Origin: Cycas panzhihuaensis
Lineage: Eukaryota > Plantae > Cycadophyta
Assembly: GCA_023213395.1 (NCBI GenBank)
Contig: CM041465.1
Location: forward strand, 236,909,741 to 236,973,740
DNA: 64,000 bases
Reading direction: 5' to 3'
Below the pieces are notes generated by a model. It saw only the letters and a list, made by a program, of their open reading frames with translations, was not told where the DNA came from and made no database searches. Below, piece after piece: positions 1-13,213 of the stretch. The first letter of the stretch is position 1; every line of letters begins with the position of its first letter. The translations under genes were made by a program, and so were the position numbers.

Positions 1-2156
1 CAAGAAGCATGCTAACTAATGTAGGAGTGGAGCAGGGCTTATGGGAAAAAGCTATTCAAACAACTTGTTATCTGGTAAATAGGTCACCATCACTTGCAAT
101 AGATTATAAGATTCCTAAAGAGGTATGGACTAGACATCTATGTGACTATTCAAATTTGAAAGTTTTTTGTTATGATGTTTATGCCTTGATTGATAAAAGT
201 AAACATTCAAAGTTAGACCCAAAATCCAAAAGATGTATCTTTGTTAGTTATGGTAATAAATATGGTGTGCAGGGATATAGGTTGTGGGATCCTACTGCCA
301 ACAAAATCACCATTAACAGAGATGTTATATTTGATGAATCTCTCCTTCTAAAATCAGACAGTGTAGAAGTTGAAGTGAAATAGGAGCAGAAAACTAAACA
401 TCAAGAGGTCAAGTTTGAAACTTGACCATCTTTAGAATTAGAAGAGCAGGAATATCTTTCTGAAGATGAATCTGTAGCATATTTATAGGAGTATATGGAC
501 ACTCCTCTACCAACAGTTAGAAGATCTATATGAGTTAATCATCCACGTGACAGGTACAACCCTTCTATTTCCATTACTTTGGTTTCTAATGATGGTGAGC
601 CTACATGTTATCAAGAAGTAGTAGATGATACCCATGGTGAGAAGTGGAAGAGGGCTATGCAGGAAGAGATAGATGATTTGAAGAAAAATAATTCATGGGA
701 CTTAGTAGAACTTCCACATGGCAAGAAGACTATTGATTATAGGTGGGTTTTCAAAAAGAAAATAGATGTTAATGTAAAGGTTGACAAATACAGGGCAAGA
801 TTAGTAGCTAAAGGCTTTATACAAAAAGCAGGTATTGACTTTTATGAGATCTTTTCACCAGTTGTCAAACTTGTTTCAATTCAAGTGTTGTTAGCATTAG
901 TGGCTTCTCTTAATTTGGAGTTGGAGTAGTTAGATGTAGAAACAACATTTCTACATGGATATTTAGATAAGGGGATCTATATGGATCAGCTATAAGGGTT
1001 TGTATAGGATGGCAGAAAAAGAATTATTTGCAGGCTTAGGAAATTATTGTATGGCCTAAAGCAATCATCCAGGCAATGGTACAAGAAGTTTGATGCCTTC
1101 ATAGAGAGCCAAAATTTCAAAAGAAGTGAGTATGATCATTGTGTTTACTTTAAATTAATAGAAAATAGCTTATTCATTATCTTGGTATTGTATGTTGATG
1201 ACATGTTGGTTGCAAGCAAGAGCATGGAAGAAATCAATAAGTTAAAGGCTCAATTAATTAGGACTTTTGATATGAAGGATCTACAAGCTACAAAACAAAT
1301 CTTAGATATGGAGATACATAGAGATAGAAAAAATGGTAAGTTATGGTCATCACAGCAGAAATATGTGGAGAATGTGCTAACCAAGTTTGGTATGAAAAAT
1401 ATGAAACCAATGAGTATCCCATTGGCTTTCCATTTCAAGCTTTCTTTGAGTATGAGTCCTAATAATGAAGAAGAAAAGGATTTTATGTCTCGTGTGCCTT
1501 ATGCTAGTGTAGTAGGAAGTTTGATGTATGCCATGGTATGTACAAGACCTAACATTTCACATGTAGTTGGTGTAGTTAGCAAGTTTGTGGTAAATCTAGG
1601 GAAGGAACATTGGGTAGTAATGAAATGGGTGCTTCAGTATTTGAGAGGCACAGGTGACTATTGCATCACCTTTAGAGGTACATATAATAAGGTTTATAGA
1701 TATGTTGATTCATACTTTATAAGAGATTTAGATAAGAGAAGGTCTACTTCAGGTTATGTATTCACTCTTATAAATGGTCCAGTTAGTTGGATGTCAAAAT
1801 TGTAGAGCATAATTGTATTATCAGCTACAGAAATTGAATATGTTGCTACAACACATGCTTGCAAAGAAGCAATCTAGTTACAGGGTCTATTGGATGAGCT
1901 TGGAAGGAAATAGGAAAAGGTAAATATATTTTGTGACAGTCAAAGTGTTATTTACCTAGACAAGAATCCAACTTATCATAGTAGGATAAAGCATATTACT
2001 CTTAAGTACCATTTTATTAGATAGGTTGTGGAAGTAGGTGGAGTGGTACTTAAGAAGGTTAATACAAAACAAAATTATGATGATATGTTCACAAAACTAG
2101 TACTATTAGAGAAGTTCAAATGGTGTTTGACTTCTCTTGGCTTGCAGAAAAGGTGA
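1..2156 (+). pseudogene. Copia pol (INT-RT-RH), multiple in-frame stops
   Basis: ORF fragments 9-383, 579-929, 1047-1805 are collinear pieces of one polyprotein ending at TGA 2154-2156. Confidence 0.93.
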
Positions 2157-2204
2157 TGAAGGGTCTAGGAAAGGTACTGGCTAAATTGTTGTGAAGGTGG
2201 AGAT

Positions 2205-2770
2205 TGTTAGGTAATGTGACAACAATGGTTGGAGGCTAAAATTTTGACATGTTGATAGTGGGGTTCCCCCCCCAAACCTTCCTCAGGGGTTCTAAGGAGG
2301 GCAGGAGCCCCCCTTGGCCAGGGGGGTGTAGGGGGTATGGAACGCCCCCCATAAAGAGGGGGTTCGGGGATGATAGCCCCCGACCTAAATAGAATCAGGG
2401 TCATTTGCTCAAAATACCCTAGATTCTACAGTCAAGATTTGTGCCTTGGATAAACCTCTCATGTAGCCTAATTTAGGGAATTTTTCATTATGTTGATAGT
2501 GTTCGATGTATTATGAGGAGTTAGGCAATTGGTTGTTGTTATTATGAGCACTCTGCTATAAGATTATATACATTTTCTCCATTCTACAATAATAAAGATT
2601 AATACCTTTCCTGTGTGGATGTTTCCCTAGCACACTGCTAGGATTTACCACATTATATTAGGTGTACATGTGATGCTTGGCTATCTTATTCATTTTATTA
2701 TTTTATCTCTAGTTTAAAAACTTACATATTAAATTTTAGTTTTGATTCTTGTAACTAGTTGCAAGAATAG
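2205..2770 (+). repeat. 3' LTR of Copia A, missing about 50 bp of its 3' end
   Basis: Begins TGTTAGGTAATG after purine tract GAAGGTGGAGA; matches reverse complement of C LTRs up to ...CTAGTTGCAAGAATAG, then similarity stops. Confidence 0.88.
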
Positions 2771-3150
2771 GGCGTAGGAGGACTAGGGCATTAGATAGCC
2801 CTGGTCTAATTGGGCTAAGCTAGAGCCACTTAAGACATTTTTTCTCTTATTTTTAGGGCCACCCCCCACTTTTAGGGGGCGTATCTGTGGCCACGTGACA
2901 ATTGTCATGGTGCCACAAAATTTGTAGTAGGGCCTACTAATAGAAAGAAATTTCTCACCAAGGCCCACATCAATATCTACAGTATTGTATATATTGCTAT
3001 GAGGTAGAGACCTGCTAGAGGAAGAAAGAAAAATTGACTTGGATAGATGGATTTACTCCATCTGAGGGAGCTCTAGCCATTTAGAGGGAGGGAAAACATA
3101 TAACAATAGTATGTGGATGGTTTTCTGACTAGTTATTTTGATGTTTGTAG

Positions 3151-5100
3151 GTTGTTCTCATGGTTGATAACTGCGAGAATATAGGGATGGCCATGATGAG
3201 TTTCATTAAGATGATAATGAGGCCAGAGAGGACAACTCTATGTTACTATAGGTTCCTGAAGGTGATCAAGACCCTGCAATATGCATCAGACTAGTGTCCA
3301 TTAGTGGACATAGTGTCCCATTAGGATAGACAGAGGTATGTGTTCCACCTCCCATAGGTGGGGGATGTCACCATCACACTAGGGGATATTAAGAGGATCC
3401 TGGGAGTGCCAACTAGGGGGATACCTGCTTCTCTAGGCACTTTACCCAGTAGACACTATTCATAGGGAAGTAGTGAGTTTTTTCATAAGGCAGAGCTAGT
3501 CAGATCAATGAGAAGTATTGATGTAGGCAATGGTATTTTCCTGAGTTCTTTATATGAGGAAGCTCATCATACTAACCATTTTGTTTAAGATATCCTAAAA
3601 ATATAATTACAGAGACATTCCTAGGGGCAACCATTAAGAGGTGTGAGGTTGGGGAGAGGTTTGATTAGGCTGCCTTGATAGTAGCTAACATAGTTACACA
3701 ACTGGACTAGATACAAACAATAGGGATAGGAGGATTTTCATATTACACGATGCTCTAATACTGGTTCTTCAATCACTTTGGAGTGGTGGCACCACTAGGA
3801 GGGCCTAATCCCATATTAACTAGGGCCCCTATGGTACACAGATGGTAGACTAGGTTTAGAGGGACTAAGGACCAAGTCCATATAAGGTGATCTATGGTAG
3901 TCATATTGCTAGATCTCCTAACTCTAACAGACTACATAGTGGATCCATACTGAGTGATCTACTAGGAGAGTGATGATGAGGAAGGAGAGTTAGGAAATGA
4001 GCCTAATAAGGGTAGAGATGATGATGGTGGAGATGGAGCAGGGATATATAGGGCCACAATAGATGAAGCAGGACTATCAGCACTAGTAGGAGGAGAGAGG
4101 ACACCACTAGGACCTGTAGGCAAAGAGGGAGTTATAACTAGATTCTCGACAGCTATCATGGCCATGGTGGTAGTGACAGAGGTGATAGTAGCTACTATAG
4201 ATTGAGGGATCCTAGGAGAGAAGTTATCAGAAGGAGAAGATGCCCCAACAACCTAAGAGGTAGGTGAGGAGGTAGTGCCAGGGGTCAAGGAGGAAGAGGT
4301 GGTGGTAGAGGGACCCATAGTAGAGGAGGAGATCATCCAGGTAGAGGATCTAGTCATCTTAAGAGCTGAGACTCTACCTTGACCCCAGCTTTTGTTTGAT
4401 CATTCACTACTTCTCTAGATGATTACATTTATTTCTTGATGTTTTATATATATATATATATATACTCTAGACTGACATATGATACATATGGTTTAGTAGG
4501 AGATGTTGAGATGGCAAGGATACTGGGGGAAATAGTCTGAGAGTTATTTTCCTAAGTCTATGCAGAGAGACAGCCTCCCATTCTGGAAAATAAGGGGCCC
4601 TAATCAGCAGGGCCACGTATAATGGGATTTTCCCCTTTGATATGGGCTAGACACATATGAGTGGTAGAGTCTTAGGAGCTCCATGCAAGGGTGAGCCAGT
4701 TGTAAGGTGCCCAGGATGGGTTATAGGTAGAGAGGGACTAGTTGGTGGTGGAGAGGGACACCCTATAGGGTCAGGTACAAGGACTAGAGGCCTAGTTAAG
4801 AGGAGTAGAAGGTGACGCTAGGAGTAGGATCCAGATTATTCTGCTAGAGGAGAGACTTCACAGAGCTAAGAGGGAGAGGGATCGCCTCCAGAGTAGGTAT
4901 GACTAGCTGGTCGACTAGATAGCTCTCAGGTTATCACATAGTAGGACTCACATGATGACGTTGACCCAGTGAAGGCCTAGAGATGAGGAGAGCGAGGTGG
5001 GGATCTCTCAAAGATACTAGAGGATCCTAGCTGCGATGTGGTCCCTCAGTAAGGGATTATATAGATGAGGGGATGACACCCCTTGAGGATACAACAGGCA
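3151..5100 (+). pseudogene. Plant mobile domain (PMD, aminotransferase-like) gene remnant with acidic linker and coiled-coil-like tail, antisense to Tat-like element E
   Basis: 3337-3420 translates YVFHLP*VGDVTITLGDIKRILGVPTRG, matching the PMD motif TFHLPxGEMTITLEDVxxILGLPxxG; E/D/G-rich stretch about 3960-4350; ERLHRAKRERDRLQ near 4850-4895; boundaries approximate. Confidence 0.75.
4445..4464. repeat. (TA)n microsatellite
   Basis: About 10 TA units inside an AT-rich intron-like segment. Confidence 0.9.
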
Positions 5101-5880
5101 AGAGATATATATATTATGTATTCTGACAGGAAGGCTTCAAACCTCTAGGGAGTTTTTACCACATGTAGATACATGATTGTACTTCTTGTAAGGATTCTGG
5201 CTTCCTACGGTGTATTGCCCAAATGATGTACTATATGATTTTATACATATATATATGAGGGCCAATTGGTACCCCATTTTGATATATGATGATGATGTTA
5301 TGATGAGTCCATCATGTTACTACTTTATTTGTTATGTAGCTTGTTTATTTGCATGGTACATAGAGAGATAAGCATATGTATATGGACATAAATGCATAAG
5401 TGTAGAAGGGGTTATGCATTTAGATAGTTTTAGTTCATTGCTATGTATGGTTTTTATTGGATTATACACAAATGACATTCATGATTCCTTTCTTGCAATG
5501 CCAAACTCATACTACTCACATATGATCACCTTGTATATTAATGATGTATGAGACTGGGGAGGGGTGCTATGCATGTTCCTGAAAAGGGACATGATGGTCA
5601 TGCAAAGGAAGTAGCAACTAGGGGTATAGATACCCAAGAAAAAGGTCCTTAGTTGGGAAGCGACTCCATGCTTAGAAGTGAATGAGTTTTACTCATCTAA
5701 TTAGGAAAAGAAGATCTCCCTCATGAGGGAGACAAGAGGTGCAATACCAATGATAAAGTCTAAGGGACAAAAAGCCACTCTAAATAATTATTATACCTAT
5801 GACTAGTGGAAGCAATAATATGCTTGGAGTGGAGGTTTAGGCTCATTTTAGAGTGAGAGAGGGGTGTATACCCACCCTAC

Positions 5881-6192
5881 TGAAAGAGGTTAATGTATCA
5901 AGGTTATTTGTGTAGATTAATTATGTGACCTTAGGATATATTATTAGCATTAGTCTCTTAATGAAATGTACTTTATGTGCATTTAAATGTAATTTTGGGT
6001 TCATGTCATTAGGTGAGAAAATCCTAACCCTAATGCTCACCTTCAATAATAAAATATGAAATCTCAAGGAGGGAGTTATTATTCATTCTCACCTCCAAGC
6101 TTGCTCTCATATCTTGTTTCATCTTCATTTTCATTCACCATTGCCATTGTATGCATGTGAGTGATTTATCTCCTAGATCCATCCTTCCTTCA
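5881..6192 (+). repeat. 5' LTR of Copia B
   Basis: TGAAAGAGG...CCTTCA; about 19 substitutions versus 3' LTR over 312 bp (about 6%), no indels. Confidence 0.97.
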
Positions 6193-6194
6193 TG

Positions 6195-6206
6195 TGGTAT
6201 TAGAGC
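6195..6206 (+). promoter_or_regulatory. Primer binding site, tRNA-iMet type
   Basis: TGGTATTAGAGC (canonical TGGTATCAGAGC with one C>T), 2 nt after LTR. Confidence 0.92.
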
Positions 6207-7334
6207 AAGAAGGGGATCTATTCACCCCATTCCACTTGTATGGAGTCATTTTGCCTCTCCTTCACCTTCAATGTGAAGTATTGAGAGCGCATTCATTATT
6301 TTTTAATATTTTGAGAGCATAAAATTATAGTATTTTGCATGTTGCTATTTTGTCCATGTGTGAAAAAATTCAGAGGTGAAGAATACAAGTTTTTTAAGCC
6401 GTTCAACTGCTGAAACAGTCCCGAAAGCATTAAAGGCCCAAAATTTTATAAAAATTCAGCCATCTCAGAATTTGATGAAATTTGGCATGCGAGGTCACCT
6501 TCACTAGAGGATAATTTTTGTATTCTAGAGAAACTTCAGATTCAGCCTACAACAGTAAGTTTTAGATGTGACAAAAAGGGTAAAGTTTATGGATAAGTGA
6601 TTTAAAGCACTTTTCCTAATGAAATCCTTCAATTATAAGTTGAAGATCTGAAAGTTTTATTAAGGTATATGGTACATTTATATCTTAAGATAATTTTAAG
6701 ATAAATCTCATCAAATTTCATCCATTGGTTAGTGAGATCTATGAAGTTTTCTCACGGTTACTGATTTTGCCTACTCAACCCCACAAAGGACCTTGCAAGG
6801 GCATTTTAGGAAAGTTTTTAGCAGATTTTATAGATGGTACAGAAAGGAAGGTTAATGTACATGTCAAAACGTAACTTTTAACATATTGAAGTCCAGATTC
6901 TGAGATAGTTAATCTAGCATGATTTTACTTTGGTGTTTTTTTGGGTAGAAATTTTTTTTGTGCCTTTTCTGAAATATGACTTCACAACTCTATCAAAAAC
7001 AACATTCTGAATACTTTTTCATTTTGTCATAAATTCAGATTTCATCATTTAGACCTTCATATTTATAATTTCTAAAAATTTGCCCATTTATCATTATTTG
7101 TAAATTTTATGAAAAAATCATAAAATAGGGTAAAATAACATGCATATAGATTTAGAAAAATCATCATTTTAGTGGCAAGTTGATTCACTTTTTAGCCCAT
7201 TGTGGATTTTGTATCAAAACTTCCAAAATCATATTTGGAAACATTGTACTAAATCAAGGGAAACCTTAGATTAGAAGCAACATCTAGTTCCCCTGCTAAA
7301 TCTAGTATGCTTTTCTATTTGCACACATAGCATA

Positions 7335-7425
7335 AAGCATCACAAAAGCAACAACAATAATAAAGCATCACAAAAGCAGGAGCAACAACAAAGCATCACA
7401 AAAGCAGCAACAATAACAAAGCAAG
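7335..7425 (+). repeat. Short tandem repeat (about 25-28 bp x3) in Copia B leader
   Basis: AAAGCATCACAAAAGCA(A/G)... repeated three times. Confidence 0.85.
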
Positions 7426-8187
7426 CAAGCACATTTGACAAGTTTCTATTTTAGTTTTCAGTTATACGGAAATATCATACACTATTCCTAAAAGTAATCT
7501 CATCTGTACGATCTATACTGCCGGTTCTTGACTTGTGTGCACACTCGCCTTGGTTGAAATAGACCAAGGTTGGTTGAAGTCCAGGCCCTAAGGGAGGTGT
7601 GAGTTTCATACTGGGTCTAGTCTTAACCAGAATTGTGGTGGAGGGACAAGTTAGCCATACCTACAGCCGCCAATCAGGGATAATCCTAATAACCACCCAG
7701 GAAAACTGAAAACCTTAGTGCAAGATTAAAATTAACCCTATCCAATATCTGACATAGCCGTGGGATACACAGTACCGTTTGACTCTTTGAAGGAGGTATA
7801 TAGTTGCTCATTGGTGAACTGGGTGAGGACTGAGAGTACCTGGGCTCCACTGTGACTTGGAGTTCATCACCAAGCGCAAATGTGGGTATCGCGGGTGAAG
7901 GCCCTAATTATATACTAGAAGCCTTAGGCATCGAAACCTCATCTACATTTAGACATAAGTGAGAGGTTAGTGGCATGACACATCACCACTCTTTGCCAGA
8001 TCTACATTAGGCCTCATTCTTGCATCATTGCTTATATTCATTTTTTATATAATTATTGAAAATTAGTTAATCATTACCTATTTCTCATCATAACAATCAT
8101 TTCTACATCCCTGTTCTGCCAGGTATACTAGCCACACGTGTCAGTGGCACATACATCTATCATCTCTTCTACTTTTTCATCATCACT

Positions 8188-11100
8188 ATGTCATCTTAAT
8201 TTAAGCAAAATGTTAATTACATATTAAAAGGTAAAGAAAATTGGGATATATGGTACACTAGAATTAAAAATACTACAAAGTATGAAGGCCTTTGGAAAGC
8301 CCACTTACAACCTACACCCAACGTACCAGCAATAGCTACAACAGCTGCTTCCAGTGGATCTGCCCTAACAGCTCCTACAGATGCTACAACTAAACTATAA
8401 TGGGAGATAGATGATGAAAAGATTCGTGCAGGAATTTTGTTGGTCATTGATCACTCCTTGCACAAGTTGATAAATGAAGAGGAATATGATACAACCTAGA
8501 AGGTCCTAGAAGTTCTTAGAAAGAACTTTGATACAAAGTTATATTTAGAATTTGTTCATCTTGTTTTGAAAATAAACAAATTAAAAATGTAGAAGGGACG
8601 AGCTCATGAGACAATAAATCTCCTTCGACCAATCAAACAGGCATTTGACAAAGACTTTAAGACCCAATGCATCACTTAGATATTTTTTATCCAGTCATGT
8701 TTACATATCCCCGACTATAAAAACTTACTTGGAAGTCTTCAATCTAGTGGAACATTGAATACACTCAACTTCAAATCACTTGCCGAGAAGTTTATATAAT
8801 TTGATAAGACCTTTGATACAAACTTTGTAGCCTCTGACTCTCTTCGGATGCACGACCTTTGAGGTAGAAGAAGAAGTTTGCTACACAAAAAATCAAGGTC
8901 CCTCTAGTGGCAGAGGAAATAACTGAGCAAGAGGGAGAGGAAGAAATATGGGAAATCATCTATAAGGTCAATCAAACCCTCAATCACAACCTTGACAGTT
9001 TCAAGGCCAATGGCTACCTCAACAAAGAGCAAGACAGTCAGGCCAAACCAATACTTCTTCAGGGACTGATAATCAAACCATTATGTGTGATCGGCGTAAC
9101 CATAAAGGACACTTAGCAAAAGATTGTAGAACTTCCACTTATAAGTTGGCCAAGTTCTAACCAAAACATGGAGCTCACAATGTTGAAGAAATTTATGAAG
9201 AATCCTTTAGTGGTGCAGGTTTTGTACAAGCACACATTCAAAGAATTGAGGGATCTTCAGCATCAAATGGCATTGACCAACCAAAGATATACTTTGAAGC
9301 TTAGTGTGGATATATCACCTGTGAATTCCCTTCACCAATGCTAAGCCCTATTGGAATCGCCAATAGTGTGGCTTCAATCTATGGACAATGGATCATGGAC
9401 ACAGGAGCAACTCAACATATGACATGCAATCACAGTCTATATCAAACATTTGACTCAAATGTTCATAGAGTTATTCACATGGCTAATAAATTATAACAAC
9501 CTATTGAAGGAATTGGCAACATTTGCTTGAAACTCCTAGGCTTAGAAGATTTTACATTGCTTAATATCTTATACATACCTAATCTCAAATAAAACCCACT
9601 CTCTTTATCTACACTTATTTCTCATGGATTTGATCTGAGTGTAACTGCAAATGACCAAACTCTTAAGGTCATTTACCCTCTAACTAATTAGGTGGTTTTG
9701 ACTAGACATCTTTCTGGCAAACTCCTTCGACTAAATGGCTCTCCATTTTCTGAAGCCCATTGTGCCCAAAGCCCTTGTGCTGATAAAGAATTTATATTTA
9801 ATTCCATCTTGACCCATCCAATGTTGTCACTAGATTCTCTTTGGCATGCTCGTATGGGCTATGTTTACATTGATAGACTTAGAGATCTTTCTAATACTCT
9901 TCCAAACCTTCTAAAGTTTTCCTCTAAGTCCTTTAAATGTGAAGCTTGTATCATTACCAAATCTCATCGATAACCCTTTCCCAAAAGTCAGTGGAAATTG
10001 AGCCATCCATTACAATTGATGCACTCTGATTTGTGCAGGTCAATGCCCATTCCTTTATTGAAGGGCAAGCTATATTACATCTTTTTCATTGATGATTTCA
10101 CTAGAAAAGTATGGGTAGATTTTCTACACAAGAAAGATGAAGCATTCTGTATATTCAAGGAATTCAAAGCCCTCACTGAAAAAGAGTCAAGTTATCAAAT
10201 CAAATGTCTTCAAACTAATAATGGTAGCGAATATATCTCACATGAATTTAAAAGCTACCTTCAAGACAATGGCATCAAGCATCAAACAACAATAGTAGGT
10301 ACCCCACAGCAAAATGGAGTTGCCGAGCGCATGAACAGGACAATCATGAACATGGCTCATGCTATGTTAATATATAAAAATGTACCTACTTATCTATGGG
10401 CTGAAGCAATCTGGACAACTGTTTATTGTATCAATGTTGTTAGACCATCAAAGGAAGTACAATCACCAAATGAAAAGTGGTCAGGACAAGCCCCCATTGT
10501 TCACTACTCTAGAATATTTGGCTCTACATGCTATGCCCATATTCTGGATACAGATCGAAACAAACTCTAGCCAAGGGTACTTAAAGGCATCTTTGTTGGA
10601 TACCCTATGGATAAGAAAGGGTATAAGGTCTTCATACCTTCACAACAAAAAATCATCATTACCAGAGATGTCATTTTTGCAGAGATAGAGGATCAATTAC
10701 TTAAATTAGACTCCATAGTATCCTTACGCTACTACAATAATGTTATCAAGTATGATGTTCAGATTCTAAAATTTAGGGAGGGGGACAGACATAAATTACT
10801 CCAAATTTTGGAAGCTGACAATAGAGCCTTATATGATACAAGTTATGACTCTGAATAAATGAGTGCACATTTAGCACCATCTTTTGAAGATAACAAAGTT
10901 GACAAAGGCAAAGCCATTATAGAAGAACCATCCTCTCTACCTTCAGTTGACAAAGGAAAAACAGTGGTAGAAGGACCATCTTCCTCAGGCACATCCACGT
11001 CCTCCTTACAAAATAATCATTTTAACGAACATGATGAGAGCTAAGAAGTTGGGGAAATAAGGACATCATTCCCAACTCGAGGATCTCGAGAAGCCCACTA

Positions 11101-12772
11101 ACTCAATAAGGACATATGACCAGATGAGATGGGAAAAACTGGCACTCGAAGTGCCCATAAAGCAAGGTTACATGAATCATTATATACTGAGCTTGAACCA
11201 GTAAAATTGTACCTTACTCTTAATGAAGAGCCCTTAACGTACCAAGAAGTTGTAAAGCATACAGCTTGGAGAAATGCCATGAATGAAGAGTACCAATCTC
11301 TTATCAAGAATGGTACATGGGAGCTCGTTGATCTACCACTTGGTAGAAAGGTAGTTTAAAATAAATGGGTGTTCAAAAACAAATATAGATCAGACGGCAC
11401 CCTTGAAAAACATAAAGTAAGGTTGGTAGCTAAAGGATTTACACAAAGGAAAGGCATCGACTACACTGAAGTCTTTGCACCTATAACCAAGTGGCCTATA
11501 ATTAGAACTCTTGTGGCCTTGGCTACTCAACAGGGTTGGAAAATCCACCAACTCAATATTAAGACCATATTTCTCAATGGAGATCTTGAAGAAGAAATTT
11601 ACATGGTTCAGCCATAAGGATATGAGATTGAAGGTCAAGACCATAAGGTTTGCAGGCTCAGAAAGTCCTTATATGGCCTTAAACAAGCTCCTCATGCTTG
11701 GTTTTCCAAGTTGTCTGAAAGGATGAGGCAACTTGGATACGAGATTTGTGACTATCAAGATATTGATGCAACATTGTTCATCAAACGCCATAAGGATAAA
11801 GTCACTTATCTCATAATCTTTGTGGATGACATGCCAGTAACGAGTAATAGTGAACAAGTAATAAGCCAGCTGAAAAAGGACCTTGGCAAAATATTTGAAT
11901 TGTCTAATATCGGTTTGATGAAATATTACTTAAGAATTGAAGTAACACAAAAGAATGGAAAATTTTCCCTCTCCCAAGAAAAATACATCAACGATCTTCT
12001 AAACAAGTTTCAGTTAGAAGATGCTCGACCAATGATGTTACCTATGGACCCTAACACCAAACTCTCAGCTGAAGGTGACACTAGGGAGGCAGACGCAACA
12101 CTCTATAGGAAACTTGTAGGTAGTCTCATCTATACTACCAATACAAGGCCAGATATTATACACTCTATCAACATTCTTACTCGTTACATGATAAATCCTA
12201 AGCAGAATCATTGGCAGGCAACAGTGTGAGTGTTGAGATACCTTAAGATGACCAGCAAATATGGTCTGTTGTATGAACCTAATTCAGACTTCAAGCTTTC
12301 TGTATATATAGACTCAGACTTTGTAGGAGATAAAGATACAGGAAGATCTATGTCTAGGTATGTAATATTTCTTGGAATAGCACCAATATCATGGAGATCT
12401 AGATGGTAGAAGATAGTTGTAGATTCAACTGCTGAAGCTGAATACATTACTGCTTCTGAGACCAGTAAAGAGGTGATATGGCTAAGAAAATTATTAGAAA
12501 CATTGAATATCAGCCAAACAAGTCCTACAAGTCTTCATGTGGATAATCAATCAGCAATCTGCATGGCGAAAAATCTTGTATTTCATGATTGTGCTAAATA
12601 CATAAGTACGAAAGTCCACAGGATTAAGGAACTTGTTCATGATAGCACAATTCAATTAGATTACTGTCTCACAGCAGATCAAGTGGCTGATATCTTCACC
12701 AAACCACTGCAAAGGGTGAAGTTTAAATAGTTTTGAAGGCAACTCGACCTTAGGGCCTCTATCTTTGATTGA
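8188..12772 (+). pseudogene. Copia B gag-pol, disrupted
   Basis: LKGKENWDIW gag start, zinc knuckle CDRRNHKGHLAKDC (~9086), protease WIMDTGATQHMT (9389), LWHARMG, integrase MHSDLC/IDDFTR/PQQNGVAERMNRT, RT IFVDDM, RH QVADIFTKPL. Confidence 0.93.
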
Positions 12773-13202
12773 TCAAAGAAGATGGCAACATGATCATCAT
12801 ACTCTATTCTCTTCATGAAAACCCCTTATGGGCACAAAAGAATAAGAGTAAGTCTCTGCTTTATCCTCTTTGTGAAAACCCCATGTGGGTATGGAAGGAT
12901 AAGAGTTGTACTTGTTTTGGAAAATTAGAACCTATGAAAACCTAAAAGGGCATAGGGGATGACCAAATAGTATATGGAGACTTAGCAGATTAAGTTACAC
13001 ATTTAAGCTACTTAACTATTAAGTTACATCAAAGAGCCACCTTAACCATTTTGATTTATAAAAGGGGCTATAGATCTTTCAGAAAGTTCATGGGTTTTTA
13101 TTCCCTATGAGGGTTTTCCCATCATTTAGAATTTTAATGTAATAATGTGGCTTAAATGAAGACCTCATAGAATAGATTTTCTGAAAATGGCCTTCCACCA
13201 TT

Positions 13203-13213
13203 AAGGCGGGGAT
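13203..13213 (+). promoter_or_regulatory. Polypurine tract of Copia B
   Basis: AAGGCGGGGAT immediately 5' of the 3' LTR. Confidence 0.85.

Larger units (their letters stand above)
1..2770 (+). mobile_element. Ty1/Copia LTR retrotransposon A, 3' portion (runs off left edge; 3' LTR truncated)
   Basis: Integrase C-term (SKLDPKSKRCIFVSYG), RT (YRARLVAKGF, YGLKQS, LYVDDML), RNase H (KRRSTSGYVF) in Copia order; PPT then TGTTAG LTR; same family as element C. Confidence 0.95.

Noticed and set aside
3151-5100. PMD region as a host MAIN/MAIL-like gene
   Set aside because: Many stops, same decay level as the TEs, located in the 3' region of a Tat element and recurring at 61.7-63.4 kb
7825-7960. Hammerhead ribozyme (CTGAGAG ... 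CGAAAC)
   Set aside because: Could not build the three helices around the core by eye; the motif lacks a canonical base
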